Shown here: piece by piece, positions 18,147 through 28,273 of the stretch
Position numbering within the stretch: the stretch's first letter is position 1
Layout of the letters: every line of letters starts with the position of its first letter
From: an uncultured Candidatus Binatia bacterium
GTDB taxonomy: Bacteria > Desulfobacterota > Binatia > UBA9968 > JAJDTQ01
Direction: 5' to 3'
DNA length: 64,000 bases
NCBI GenBank assembly: GCA_965242525.1
Contig: OZ251459.1
Coordinates: forward strand, 2,912,001-2,976,000
Translations under genes and position numbers: made by a program
Notes under the pieces: generated by a model
Told to the model about the DNA's origin: nothing
The model's database searches: none
What the model saw: only the letters and a program-made list of their open reading frames with translations

Positions 18147-19658
18147 ATGCACGACGACCACGAACACCCCGAACACTTTCACCCGGGCGCCGACGCCATC
18201 GTGGAGGACATCGAGGGAATCGAGATGTTCTCGCTCACGAGCGTGGGCATCGACATCGGCTCTTCCACCTCGCACCTGGTGTTCTCCCACCTGACGCTCC
18301 GGCGCGAGGGCGCCGGGCTGTCCGCCCGGTTCAAGGTCACCGACCGGGAGGTGCTGTACCGCTCGCCCATCATGCTGACGCCGTACAGCTCGGGCGCCCT
18401 CATCGACACGGCCAGGGTGCAGGACTTCATCCACGAGTCCTACCGCGCGGCCGGCTACACCCACGACGACATCGACACCGGCGCGGTGGTGATCACGGGC
18501 GAGGCCCTCAACAAGGAGAACTCCCGCCCGATCCTGGAGTACTTCGCCAAGGACTCCGGCAAGTTCATCTGCGCTTCCGCGGGACCCAACCACGAGGCGC
18601 TGCTGGCGGCCTACGGCTGCGGCGCGGTGGACCTGTCCAAGTCGGCCGGCGCAACGGTGCTGAACATCGACATGGGCGGGGGCACCACCAAGCTGTCGCT
18701 GATCCGGGACGGGACGGTGACGCAGACCGCGGCCATCAGCGTGGGGGCGCGCCTCATCGCCTTCGACGAAGACGACACGGTGACCCGGGTGGAGCTTCCC
18801 GCCAGGTTCATCACGCGGGAGCTGGGAACCCCGGTGGAGGTGGGGCAGGTCGTCACCGAGGAGGTCAAGCGGGCGTTCGCCGCCTACATGGGGACCTACC
18901 TGTTCAACGTCATCCGGGCCAAGCCCCTCTCCGACCTGGAAACGCACCTGCTGGTGACCGACCGGCTGCCCGACTACGACGGCTTGGAGAGCATCGACCA
19001 CATCGTCTTCTCCGGCGGGGTGTCGGAGCACATCTACGACCACGATACGCCGTCCTACGGCGACGTGGGTCCCTACCTGGGCAAGGAGATCCGCGCCCGC
19101 ATCGCCGAACTCAACCGGGCGGACCTGGTCAAGGAGCCGGTGGAGGGCATCCGCGCCACGGTCATCGGAGCCGGCGAGTACACGATCCAGGCCAGCGGCA
19201 ACACCAGCTACCTGTCCAGCGAGACGCCGCTCCCGGTGTACGGGCTGCAAGTGGTCAAGGCCCTCATCCACGAGGATTCCGACGTGCAGGGCGCGCTGCG
19301 GACGGCGCTGGCCAAGTTCGACCTGGAGAAGTTCCAGCCGGGCCTCGCCCTGGCCCTGGGGCTGCAAGGCGTGCCCAACTACAAGTTCATCCGGCGGGTA
19401 GCCGAAGGCGTCGCCGCGGTGGTGAACGAGTCGGAAGAGCCCGACCTGGACGTCTTCCTGATCCTGGACATGGACGTGGCCAAGTCCCTGGGCGGCATCC
19501 TCAAGGAGGAGTTGAAGGTGGCCCCGGAGGTCATCGCGGTGGACGGCATCGACGTGGGCGACCTGGACTTCATCGACGTGGGCAACGCCATGGGGGTGAC
19601 CGAGGTCATCCCGGTAACCATCCGCTCGTTCATGTTCCCGGAGAGCCGCCTGGTCTAG
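18147..19658 (+). CDS. eutA: EutA-like ASKHA ATPase (reactivase family)
   Basis: SVGIDIGSSTSH, GAVVITGE, AGP..EA.LAA.G, NIDMGGGTT, FSGGVSE, IRATVIGAG..T...SG, IPVTI.S. Confidence 0.85.
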   Translation: MHDDHEHPEHFHPGADAIVEDIEGIEMFSLTSVGIDIGSSTSHLVFSHLTLRREGAGLSARFKVTDREVLYRSPIMLTPYSSGALIDTARVQDFIHESYRAAGYTHDDIDTGAVVITGEALNKENSRPILEYFAKDSGKFICASAGPNHEALLAAYGCGAVDLSKSAGATVLNIDMGGGTTKLSLIRDGTVTQTAAISVGARLIAFDEDDTVTRVELPARFITRELGTPVEVGQVVTEEVKRAFAAYMGTYLFNVIRAKPLSDLETHLLVTDRLPDYDGLESIDHIVFSGGVSEHIYDHDTPSYGDVGPYLGKEIRARIAELNRADLVKEPVEGIRATVIGAGEYTIQASGNTSYLSSETPLPVYGLQVVKALIHEDSDVQGALRTALAKFDLEKFQPGLALALGLQGVPNYKFIRRVAEGVAAVVNESEEPDLDVFLILDMDVAKSLGGILKEELKVAPEVIAVDGIDVGDLDFIDVGNAMGVTEVIPVTIRSFMFPESRLV

Positions 19659-19736
19659 CGGCCTCGCCGGACACCGAAGCCGGATACCCAAGGACCCGCG
19701 GCGAAACGGTCCCATTCCACTTCCAGAGGTGAGCCA

Positions 19737-21965
19737 ATGGCGGAAACACACAACGTGGGCGTCCCCACGCCCCGCATCGACGGCGAGTACAAGGTGAGCG
19801 GCAAGGCCAAGTACGCCGTGGACGTCACCTTCCCCGACATGCTGTGGGGCAAGATCCTGCGGAGCCCCATCTCCCACGGCCGGATCAAGGGCATCGACAC
19901 ATCCAGGGCCATGCAGGTCCCGGGGGTGGTCGGCATCCTCACCGGCGCGGACGTTGCCGGACTGCGCATCGGTCGGCGGGTGGTGGACATGCCCATCGTG
20001 GCCGACGGCGTCGTCCGGTTCATCGGCGAGAAGGTGGCCGCGGTGTCCGCGGAAACGGAGGACGCGGCCGAGGAAGCCGCGGCGCTCATCGAGGTGGAGT
20101 ACGAGGAGATGGACCCCGTGCTCGACCCGCTGGAGGCCATGGAGCCGTCGGCGCCGCTGCTCCACCCCGAGGTCCACACCTACAAGGGCCTGCCCCAGAA
20201 ACTCGCCGGGCCCACCAACCGGGTCATCTACGTCAACTGGGAGAAGGGCGACGTCCACAAGGGGTTCGAGGAAGCGGACGTCATCGTCGAGAACACCTTC
20301 ACCACGCCCAAGGTCCACCAGGCGTACATCGAGCCGCATTCCTGCGTGGTGAAGACCGATCCCGCCACCGGAGCGGCCGAGGTCTGGGCGTGCAGCAAGG
20401 TGCCCTACGGCATCCGCGACCAGGTGGCCAACGCGGTTCGGGTGGACCCGGAGAAGATCGTCGTCAACCCCTGCTACATCGGCGGCGACTTCGGCGGCAA
20501 GGGCGACTTCATGGACATCGCCCTGTGCTACTCCCTTTCGAAGAAGAGCAACGGGCGCCCGGTGAAGATCGTCATGGACTACGACGAAGAGTTCATCGCC
20601 GGCAACCCGCGCCATGCGTCGGTCATCAAGGTCAAGACCGGCGCGAAGAAAGACGGGACCATCGTGGCCCACCACATGGACTTCGTGTTCGACACCGGAG
20701 CCTACTGCGCGTTCAAGCCCAACGGCATACTCGGCGGACCGCAGAAGTCCCCCGGTCCCTACAACATGCCCAACACCCTGGTCGAAGAGCACATGGTCTA
20801 TACCAACCAGGTTCCGTGCGGGCACATGCGCTCTCCGGGCGACCCCCAGGGGTTCTTCGCCAACGAGAGCCAGTTGGACCTGCTGGCCCAGGCCCTGGAC
20901 ATGAACCCCGCGGACCTGCGCAAGAAGAACCTGCTGGAGGGGGTCGCCGACTCGCCCGTGGGCGAGAAGGTGGATTACGTGGGCTCCCACGAGATCTTCG
21001 ACCGGGCCCTGGAGGAGGTGAAGTACTACGAGGCCAGGCCCAGGAACGTGGGGCGGGGCATCGGCCTCGTGCAATGGTCGGTGAACGGCGGCAAGGGGCT
21101 GGTCAAGTTCCGGCTGGACGAGACCGGCACCCTGACGGTGTCGTCCGCCATGCTCGACCAGGGGGTCGGCACCTTCACGCTGCTGGAGCAGATGGCGGAG
21201 CAGGAGCTCAAGATCCCGGCCGAGTGCATCCGGTTCGAGCACTTCGACACCAGCGCCGGCATCAAGGACTCGGGGCTGGGCGGCAGCCGCGGCACCCGGG
21301 TCTATGGCAACGCGGGCTACGACGGCATCATCAAGACCCGGGATGCGCTCCTGGAGCACGCGGCCAACGCCCTGGACGCCCCCAGGGAGGACCTGGACCT
21401 TGCCGACGGGCGGGTGGTGCACAAGAGCGCGGACCGGGGCGTCAGCTACGCCGACGTGGTCAAGGCCAAGGGCTCGGCCATCGAGACCACCGGACTCTAC
21501 GACGACACCTCCAAGGTGCCGGACGCGGCCATGTGCGCCCAGATCGCCGAGGTGGAGGTGGACCCGGAAACCGGCAACGTCGAGCTCAAGCGGCTGGTCA
21601 CCAGCCACAGCACCGGCACCATCCTGAACCCGCTGATGCACCAGGGCCAGATCGAGGGCGCCAGCATGACCGGCATCGGCTACGGCCTGATGGAGCACCT
21701 GATGGTGGACGACGGCAAGGTCACCACCGCCAACTTCGGCGACTACAAGATCCCCACCATCCGGGACGTGCCGGAACTGAAGACCCTGCTGTCCGAGACC
21801 AGCCGCGGCCCCGGCCCCTACAACAGCATGGCCATCGGCGAGACCGCCAACATCCCCACCGCCGGCGCCATCGCCAACGCCGTGGCCGACGCCGTAGGCG
21901 TCCGCATCACGTCCCTGCCCATCACGTCCGAAAAGGTGTTCGAGGCGCTGAAGGGGAAGGGGTAG
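19737..21965 (+). CDS. Xanthine dehydrogenase family molybdopterin-binding subunit
   Basis: G.A.Y..D, RSP..H..I, IGGDFGGKG, MRSPG, DQGVG, NP....GQIEG, IGE...P...AIANAV.DA. Confidence 0.93.
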   Translation: MAETHNVGVPTPRIDGEYKVSGKAKYAVDVTFPDMLWGKILRSPISHGRIKGIDTSRAMQVPGVVGILTGADVAGLRIGRRVVDMPIVADGVVRFIGEKVAAVSAETEDAAEEAAALIEVEYEEMDPVLDPLEAMEPSAPLLHPEVHTYKGLPQKLAGPTNRVIYVNWEKGDVHKGFEEADVIVENTFTTPKVHQAYIEPHSCVVKTDPATGAAEVWACSKVPYGIRDQVANAVRVDPEKIVVNPCYIGGDFGGKGDFMDIALCYSLSKKSNGRPVKIVMDYDEEFIAGNPRHASVIKVKTGAKKDGTIVAHHMDFVFDTGAYCAFKPNGILGGPQKSPGPYNMPNTLVEEHMVYTNQVPCGHMRSPGDPQGFFANESQLDLLAQALDMNPADLRKKNLLEGVADSPVGEKVDYVGSHEIFDRALEEVKYYEARPRNVGRGIGLVQWSVNGGKGLVKFRLDETGTLTVSSAMLDQGVGTFTLLEQMAEQELKIPAECIRFEHFDTSAGIKDSGLGGSRGTRVYGNAGYDGIIKTRDALLEHAANALDAPREDLDLADGRVVHKSADRGVSYADVVKAKGSAIETTGLYDDTSKVPDAAMCAQIAEVEVDPETGNVELKRLVTSHSTGTILNPLMHQGQIEGASMTGIGYGLMEHLMVDDGKVTTANFGDYKIPTIRDVPELKTLLSETSRGPGPYNSMAIGETANIPTAGAIANAVADAVGVRITSLPITSEKVFEALKGKG

Positions 21966-22052
21966 GGGACGAAACGCGTCCTTCGACGCCCCGGGCCGGA
22001 TAGGGTCCACGGCGCCGCCCGGGATGGCCGCTACCCGGCTTCGGAGGGGACG

Positions 22053-22082
22053 TTGACAGGGTGGGCCGGGGTGTCGTATAAG
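22053..22082 (+). promoter_or_regulatory. Sigma70-like promoter of the lipoprotein gene
   Basis: TTGACA-N18-TATAAG, followed by an AGGAGG RBS. Confidence 0.5.
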
Positions 22083-22425
22083 CAGGCCTGACCAACAGGA
22101 GGGATGGACATGCAGGGAACGATCTTGCCGTTGGCAGTAGCAGGCGCGTTGATGCTGGCCGGGTGCGGCGGCGGTGGCAAGAGCGCGTCCATGGCAGGCG
22201 GGCCTTTACCGACGCCGACACCGGCGCCTACGCCAACCTTTGAGCCGGAAACCATATTGGGGCCGGGAACCATACCCTTGCCCAAGGGTCATACGTTGCA
22301 GACAGGCACTATCTCTGCCGGTGAGTCCCGGACGGTTCGGGAAGCCGACGGCATGGAGACGGTGGTCAGGTGTTCTGCCGGCAGCGAAAACTGCAGGATC
22401 ACGGTTGCGGCCGACGGTACTGTTA

Positions 22426-23529
22426 TTAAGGGTCCGATTTTAGTTGCCATAGAACCAGAAGTATAGTATGATAACGGGTATGAACACGGACGGACGAAAA
22501 CTGGATCATCGGACCTTGACGGAATTGCGCCGGCGCGGGATTGCGAGCCTGCAAGCGGGGTCGAAGCCGACAGAAGTGGCGGCGGCCATGGGAGTGAACC
22601 TGCGCACGGTGTTCCGTTGGTTGGCGTTGTACCGCAGCGGGGGATGGGGGAAGCTGGACGCCCGCAAGCGAGGAGGGCGGCCTCCGAAGCTGGATGCGAG
22701 GGCGCTGAAATGGGTTTATGACACGGTGGTGGAGAAGAACCCGTTGCAGTTGCGGTTTCCGTTTGCGCTGTGGACGGCGAAGATGGTGCAGGAGCTGATC
22801 GACAGGCGATGGGGTGTGCGGCTGAGTCACAGTACGGTGTGCCGGTTGCTGGGGCAGATGGGATTGAGCGTGCAGCGTCCTGTTTGGCGTGCCTATCAAC
22901 AGGATCCGGAGGCGGCCCGTCATTGGCGGGAGGAGGAATACCCGAAGCTGCATGACCGGGCGAAGCGTGTGGGGGCGCAGATCTTCTTCGGAGACGAGGC
23001 GGGGGTTCGTTCGGACAGTCATTGGGGCACGACCTGGGGGCTTCGGGGGCATACTCCGGTGGTGTCGGGCACGGGGGCGCGGTTCGGGGCGAACCTCATC
23101 TCTGCCATCAGCGCCCGTGGGCATCTTCGCTTCATGGTGACTCCGGGGCGAGTGACGGCGCCGGTGTTCATCGGGTTTCTCAGACGCCTGATGGTGAATG
23201 CGACCTCTCCCATTTTCCTGATTGTGGACGGCCACCCGGTCCATCGGGCCAAGTCGGTGCGGCGTTTCGTGGAGGAACAGGAAGGGATGCTCGAGTTGCA
23301 TTACCTGCCGCCGTACTCGCCGGAACTCAACCCGGACGAACTGGTGTGGAACAACTTGAAGAACCAGGCGTTGGGGCGCAAGCGGATCACATCCCGGGAA
23401 ACCTTGCGAGCCATGACCATGTCTCACCTGCGTCGGATGCAACAACTGCCTGCTTTGATACGGAGCTTCTTCCATGCTCCCACTACTTGTTATACGAACT
23501 TGTAATGGTTTCTATTCTGAGAACCTTAA
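22426..23529 (+). mobile_element. IS630-family insertion sequence (1104 bp) with TA duplication
   Basis: TA|TTAAGG...CCTTAA|TA ends with imperfect IRs; encloses the transposase. Confidence 0.92.
22468..23505 (+). CDS. IS630 transposase
   Basis: N-terminal HTH, GRPPKL, FGDEAG, IVDG...H, LPPYSPELNPDE.VW (DDE triad). Confidence 0.96.
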   Translation: MITGMNTDGRKLDHRTLTELRRRGIASLQAGSKPTEVAAAMGVNLRTVFRWLALYRSGGWGKLDARKRGGRPPKLDARALKWVYDTVVEKNPLQLRFPFALWTAKMVQELIDRRWGVRLSHSTVCRLLGQMGLSVQRPVWRAYQQDPEAARHWREEEYPKLHDRAKRVGAQIFFGDEAGVRSDSHWGTTWGLRGHTPVVSGTGARFGANLISAISARGHLRFMVTPGRVTAPVFIGFLRRLMVNATSPIFLIVDGHPVHRAKSVRRFVEEQEGMLELHYLPPYSPELNPDELVWNNLKNQALGRKRITSRETLRAMTMSHLRRMQQLPALIRSFFHAPTTCYTNL

Positions 23530-24398
23530 TACCTTGATAGCCGGTAGTCTTCGGATTGAAATTCGAGGTATCCGGGTTGTAACTCCGACTACTCCGCCGC
23601 CTCCGACAACTCAGCCAGTTCCGGTCTTTGAATCCCCGCTTGTGAGTTGGCGGGAACTGCCTGCCCTGGTTGACAGGTATGACCACTTGACGCAGATAAT
23701 ATCAAACAGCGTCCCGGACCCGAGACTGTCATGTGACGACGGCGTTACGGTCTGCCAAGACGTAGTGAAAAACCTGCTTGCGACCGCAACGGAGGAGACT
23801 GGAGTCCGAGGCTGGGACGGGGGGGAACGGTTTGGAGGACGTGCCGCATCCTGGTTAGGGAAACAGTTTTCAGGGACTAGGAACGACATCCATGAGGGAC
23901 ACTATTGGGGTGGCTGGCTCGATAATAGCATCTTCATTGCAGAACGCCGCTATAGATTTACTTCCATGGGCATAAGGGATACCAACCCGGTTATCGGGGT
24001 ATATCGGGGAGATGCCGTTGGGGAAGGCGGCAGTAGGGGATATTTCGAATTGAACTATACATCGGGCGCCCAGGAGGGTCAGCTAAGCATGACGATAAAA
24101 AATCTGTATGCGTGTCACCCGTGTGTCTGGTCGGACATTCCTGTTGATGATAACGGGGCGTTCGATAATGGCATAAGACCTGTTCGCCGCCTTCCCCTCG
24201 ACGACTTCGAAACAGCCCCTAGCCAACTGACAGGTAGGTTTTATCAAGGCGGCGAGGTAGGGGGGGTGTTCGCTTACAAGTCTGGCGGCATCAATGTCTA
24301 TGGGGCATTTGGGGGAAAGCGGAGCCCTGACGGACCCTAGCCAACCCTGACCCCCGGAAACGCCGCCCACGCTTTCCCACGGCGCCCAGGGCGGCGTT

Positions 24399-25730
24399 TC
24401 ATCTGGACAATTCCAACTGGTCCATGATTTCGCGGACGCTTTCATCGGGGTGCAGTACGTCGAACGGGAAGCAGAACAGGTCCAGCCGTTGGCCGGGCAC
24501 CCTGTCGTTGAACTCGTAGCGCAGAGGCGAATCGAAGTCGGGCGTCCGCGGGTATAGCAACGCCACCTTGGCGCAGCCGAACTTCCTGCCGTAGCCGTAT
24601 AGCTGGTAAACGTCCCCCTGGCTGATGCCGTGCTTCGGGTCCCGGGCGTTGCCGTCGATCTTCTTCCACTTGGCGTCGAGCACGAAGCGGACTTCGCCGG
24701 ATCGAACGAGGGCGATGTCGGGCTTCATGTGGAAGGCGTCCGCCCCGTCGATGCGGGTGAACGCTCTCTGCGGCCCCTGTGTCCTGACTCGGTAGTCACG
24801 CTGGTAGCGCCGGAAGCCGTCGGCCACGTAGTCCTCGAAGACCTCCTCCATGGGGAACAGCAGCGCCTGGTTCACGTGCTTGCCGGAGAACGTGGCCAAG
24901 CCGTGGTTGAACAGGAACAGGCCCACCCAAGCCATCACCGCGTCGTAATGGCGCATGGACCGGTCGATCCAGTGGCGTTCCCAGTCCACCTCCGGCCGCT
25001 CCGACCGGGGCACCTCGGAAAAGCAGATGCGAAGCTGGTGGAGTAGCTGCTGGTTGTCGGGGTGGGTGATCGACCGGAGCTTGTGGATGGCGCTGTGGAT
25101 CAGCCGGTTGACGGGGCGGTCTGCGGTGAACTCGTCGAAGGCGACGTAGAAGCGGGCGCGGTTCGCGACATTCCGGCGAATATGCTCCCGGAACCGGATG
25201 CGCCCCCGGAGCCGAAGAAGGTTGTCCTCCACGCTGCTGTAGTGGCGAGCGAGTCCGCGCTGCGTGAGCAGCACCAGATTGGTCAGGAACAGCCTGACGA
25301 ACACATCGAGCATGTTGAAATGGCGGAGGGCGGAGATGGCGGTCTCGTTGAATTGTGCGGTGCGGAGGCCCCGGTAGGTGCGAAGCATCTCGAGAAACGC
25401 CTTCCGGGTGAGCCCCTCGTCGTCATCGACGAAATCCACCTTCGGCAAGATCTCGATCACCGTGCCGCGCCGGGTCTGGATGACGCCCACGTAGTTCCGG
25501 GTGTGGAGTCGCCCGTTCTCGAGGGCCAGCACGGGGCGGTAATTGCCCTGCCGGTCCGTCTGGTTGGCCAGCGCGAAGTCCTTGAGGTCCGCGTACTCCG
25601 TCTCGTCGAGACCTGAAAGGCGTTCGTGTTCCCTGAAGACGCGCACGCTAATCCGGCTCTTCGGCTCGTTTGCCGAGGTAGATTTGCCGGTAACTTTCGG
25701 CTTGCTTCCACTTCTCGTCGCTTTGTGCAA
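24399..25730 (-). CDS. mcrC: McrC-family restriction endonuclease subunit (start uncertain)
   Basis: NYVGVI...EILPK, LLFPME.VFE.YV, KPD...DAKWK, D.YQL..Y. Confidence 0.9.
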   Translation of the reverse strand: MHKATRSGSKPKVTGKSTSANEPKSRISVRVFREHERLSGLDETEYADLKDFALANQTDRQGNYRPVLALENGRLHTRNYVGVIQTRRGTVIEILPKVDFVDDDEGLTRKAFLEMLRTYRGLRTAQFNETAISALRHFNMLDVFVRLFLTNLVLLTQRGLARHYSSVEDNLLRLRGRIRFREHIRRNVANRARFYVAFDEFTADRPVNRLIHSAIHKLRSITHPDNQQLLHQLRICFSEVPRSERPEVDWERHWIDRSMRHYDAVMAWVGLFLFNHGLATFSGKHVNQALLFPMEEVFEDYVADGFRRYQRDYRVRTQGPQRAFTRIDGADAFHMKPDIALVRSGEVRFVLDAKWKKIDGNARDPKHGISQGDVYQLYGYGRKFGCAKVALLYPRTPDFDSPLRYEFNDRVPGQRLDLFCFPFDVLHPDESVREIMDQLELSR

Positions 25731-27774
25731 GCAACTCGAACATGGGCCGCTCAGGAGAGGCGTCCTGAATCGGGGTCTCGACCTCGCGTCTGCACACGAA
25801 CGGGTTGTCGCCCAACACGAACTGGATCTTCGCCCAATCGTCGTAGAAGTATTCCTGCAGCAGCGGCACGATGCGGCGCTGGAACACTTCTGCGAGACCG
25901 TCGATCCCGCCGATGGCCTTTACCCCGATGAGGTAGGTATGGCCGATCTGGTGCTCTCGGTCCAGGCATGCCGTGATGCGCTCGTTCATGGCCTTCAACA
26001 TGGCTTGGCCGTCAACACCCTCGATGTTCGTTTCGACGAAGCTCACGTCCGGCATCTTCTCGATGAAGTCGAAACGCCGCCGCAGGGCCGTATCCAGGAG
26101 CGCGATGCCCCTGTCCGCGGTGTTCATGGTCCCGACGAGGTACAGGTTGCCCGGAACGCTGAATGAGTCCTGAGAATAGGGGAGCGTGACCACAGCCTCA
26201 TCTTCGCCGCCTGACCGTTTGGACGGCTCGATCAGGGTGATGAGCTCTCCGAATATCTTGGCGATGTTGCCGCGGTTGATCTCGTCGATGATGAGGACGT
26301 GCCGTTTGCCCGGATGCTCGCGGGCGTGGGAGGAGATCCGTTTGAAGACGCCGTAGCGGATTTCATAACGGAGGTCGTTCCCCTCCAGGACCGGCCCGAT
26401 TCCCTCCATGAAGTCCTCGTAGGCGTAGTTCTGATGGAACGTGACGAACTCGACCCGCTCTTCCTTCCCGAGTTCCATGAAACGCGACTTGACGGCCCGC
26501 CTGTCCTTCGCTTGAGCCAGGTCCTCGGGAGCCTTGCCGTCCATGATCGCCACGGCATGGGAAACCGCCTCCCACGTCTTGCCGGTGCCCGGAGGGCCGA
26601 ACAGGATGGTGTTCAAGGGGAACGACACGCTGGACTCCTCGACCCGTAGGTCGACACCCTCGGACGAGGCGTCGGACTCAGGCTGTGGTTCAACGCCGTG
26701 GTCGCCGGTCCACCGATCAATCAAATCGAAGGTATCCTCGTAGGCGTCGGCATTGCGGAATGCTGATTTCGTTGACTCTCCGGCTCTGCTGAATCCTATT
26801 CGCAGCCCTGTCTCGACAGGAGTAGTCGTCTTGTTTATCCAGTGGACGTAGATGACTGCTTCCTTGGTCCAACCGCGGGGAGCGTATTGGTTCTCCTCCA
26901 CTACACCTATGGCTCGCCCTTCCCGCATTCCGGTACGAACCAGAATGATGTCGCCGCGTTTGGGTTCAGTCAGTGGATACGTTTCCGGGCCGCCTGTGTA
27001 CACGCCGTTGCACTCCTTGAAGGGCCTGGCGTCTTTTGGCAATTCATCGGTCTTTTCCCAGTAATCGATTCCGTCGTTGTAGGCCCTGGTGCTGATTTGG
27101 AAGAAGCTGGTCTCCTTGGTGATAAAGCCCCCTTTTGCTTGGACATAGAGGAAATTATTGATTTCGTAAGGCTCACATCCCGGGAACTTGTGCTTGATGG
27201 CGTCCATCCTGTCAATGTAGCTTTCGTAGTCTGTCACGCCGCCAAGAGGCTTCGATTGAAACAGGACAGACTTGAAATGGTCCGCGGGAAGGAAATAGCC
27301 CGGGTTTACAAGGAACAACGTCTGTGTCAGTTTTGTAACGCCAACTTGAGGAAGAGCCAGAACACCATTGAAGTCATCAGCTTTGATGACGGGTACGGGT
27401 CTCTCACGGATTGGCGCCATATCGCCGAACAGACGCCAGAGCAAATCCGGGTTGAACGACTCTCCATCGTGGAACAAACTCTGGGTGTTCGGCGTTGGCG
27501 TGGGCATGATTGGCCCGGTTTTCTGGAGTTCCGAATCGATCTCGAACACATCATGGACGCTCTCGAAGACAGGCTTGTACTGGTTCGAGGTATTTTTTTG
27601 CGCCAAGAAGTAGAAGAACGACATCGGATCGATGTTCTCATCTCCGTAGTTCAGGAGACTTTTGTTACCTCTCCAGTCCACGGCCTTTGCCCTATCGACC
27701 AAGTAGCCCTTGCCATTCTCGGCGATCTTGCCGGCCAACTCCTCGAACCAGGCTACCCAAGTGTAGTCGATCAT
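25648..27774 (-). CDS. mcrB: McrB-family AAA+ GTPase
   Basis: GPPGTGKT, VTFH..Y.YEDF, IIDEINRGN, GTMNTAD, ALRRRF, IGH.Y, PLLQEYFY. Confidence 0.93.
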   Translation of the reverse strand: MIDYTWVAWFEELAGKIAENGKGYLVDRAKAVDWRGNKSLLNYGDENIDPMSFFYFLAQKNTSNQYKPVFESVHDVFEIDSELQKTGPIMPTPTPNTQSLFHDGESFNPDLLWRLFGDMAPIRERPVPVIKADDFNGVLALPQVGVTKLTQTLFLVNPGYFLPADHFKSVLFQSKPLGGVTDYESYIDRMDAIKHKFPGCEPYEINNFLYVQAKGGFITKETSFFQISTRAYNDGIDYWEKTDELPKDARPFKECNGVYTGGPETYPLTEPKRGDIILVRTGMREGRAIGVVEENQYAPRGWTKEAVIYVHWINKTTTPVETGLRIGFSRAGESTKSAFRNADAYEDTFDLIDRWTGDHGVEPQPESDASSEGVDLRVEESSVSFPLNTILFGPPGTGKTWEAVSHAVAIMDGKAPEDLAQAKDRRAVKSRFMELGKEERVEFVTFHQNYAYEDFMEGIGPVLEGNDLRYEIRYGVFKRISSHAREHPGKRHVLIIDEINRGNIAKIFGELITLIEPSKRSGGEDEAVVTLPYSQDSFSVPGNLYLVGTMNTADRGIALLDTALRRRFDFIEKMPDVSFVETNIEGVDGQAMLKAMNERITACLDREHQIGHTYLIGVKAIGGIDGLAEVFQRRIVPLLQEYFYDDWAKIQFVLGDNPFVCRREVETPIQDASPERPMFELLAQSDEKWKQAESYRQIYLGKRAEEPD

Positions 27775-27775
27775 C

Positions 27776-27857
27776 GGAACCTCTGGTTTGAGGCGCCTCT
27801 CCCTATCGGAAAGCGCGTCCTTCGACTTCGCTTCGCTACGCTCAAGACGAACGGGGG
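27776..27857. repeat. MITE end plus REP-like core directly upstream of mcrB
   Basis: GGAACCTCTG at 27776; core at 27814-27857. Confidence 0.8.
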
Positions 27858-27865
27858 CAATTCCG

Positions 27866-28255
27866 TCAGTGCAGCGACCGGGGTTCGCCGAGGACGAACT
27901 CGGCGATCTGGGCGTCGAAGCGGTCGCCGCCCCGGGTGACCATCTGGTAGGTGCCGTGCATGGATCCGTAGGGGGTGGAGAGGGGGCAGCCGGAGGTGTA
28001 CTCGAAGGACTCTCCTTCCTCGAGCACCGGGGTCTCGCCCACGACGCCGGGGCCCTTGACTTCCTCCACGTGGCCCGTGGCGTCGGTAATGATCCAGTGG
28101 CGGCTCACGAGCTGCACAGCCTCCGAGCCTTCGTTGCTGATCTCCACGGTGTAGAGATAGAACCACCGGTTCTGCTGGGGCATGGAGCGCGTCGGGTCGT
28201 ATTCGGTGGTGACCTCCACCCGCACGCCTCGCGTTACCGTCTTCGAGTTACCCAA
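27866..28255 (-). CDS. apaG: ApaG domain protein
   Basis: QL.SRHW.ITD, GPGVVGE.P, YTSGCPL.TP.GSM.G.Y. Confidence 0.95.
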   Translation of the reverse strand: MGNSKTVTRGVRVEVTTEYDPTRSMPQQNRWFYLYTVEISNEGSEAVQLVSRHWIITDATGHVEEVKGPGVVGETPVLEEGESFEYTSGCPLSTPYGSMHGTYQMVTRGGDRFDAQIAEFVLGEPRSLH

Positions 28256-28273
28256 GACAACCTCCGGGACACG

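Larger units (their letters stand above)
22110..24340 (+). pseudogene. TbpB-like surface lipoprotein interrupted by IS630
   Basis: Lipobox LAGC followed by GGGG and a Pro/Thr linker. Removing 22426-23531 rejoins ...DGTV-TLIAGSLRIE in frame. C-terminal G.FY...EVGGVF...GAFGGKR barrel-like motif. Confidence 0.8.

Noticed and set aside
18147-19658. Ethanolamine utilisation locus
   Set aside because: No eutB, eutC or shell genes in the window; only the EutA fold is supported.
16665-22010. Very long antisense ORF (1781 aa) and similar ORFs, such as 46271-48826, 49042-51321 and 60207-62675
   Set aside because: Shadow frames of high-GC genes; the opposite strand carries clear family motifs.
23474-24340. 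Independent 288-aa CDS
   Set aside because: Its start lies inside the IS630; it is the 3' half of the interrupted lipoprotein.
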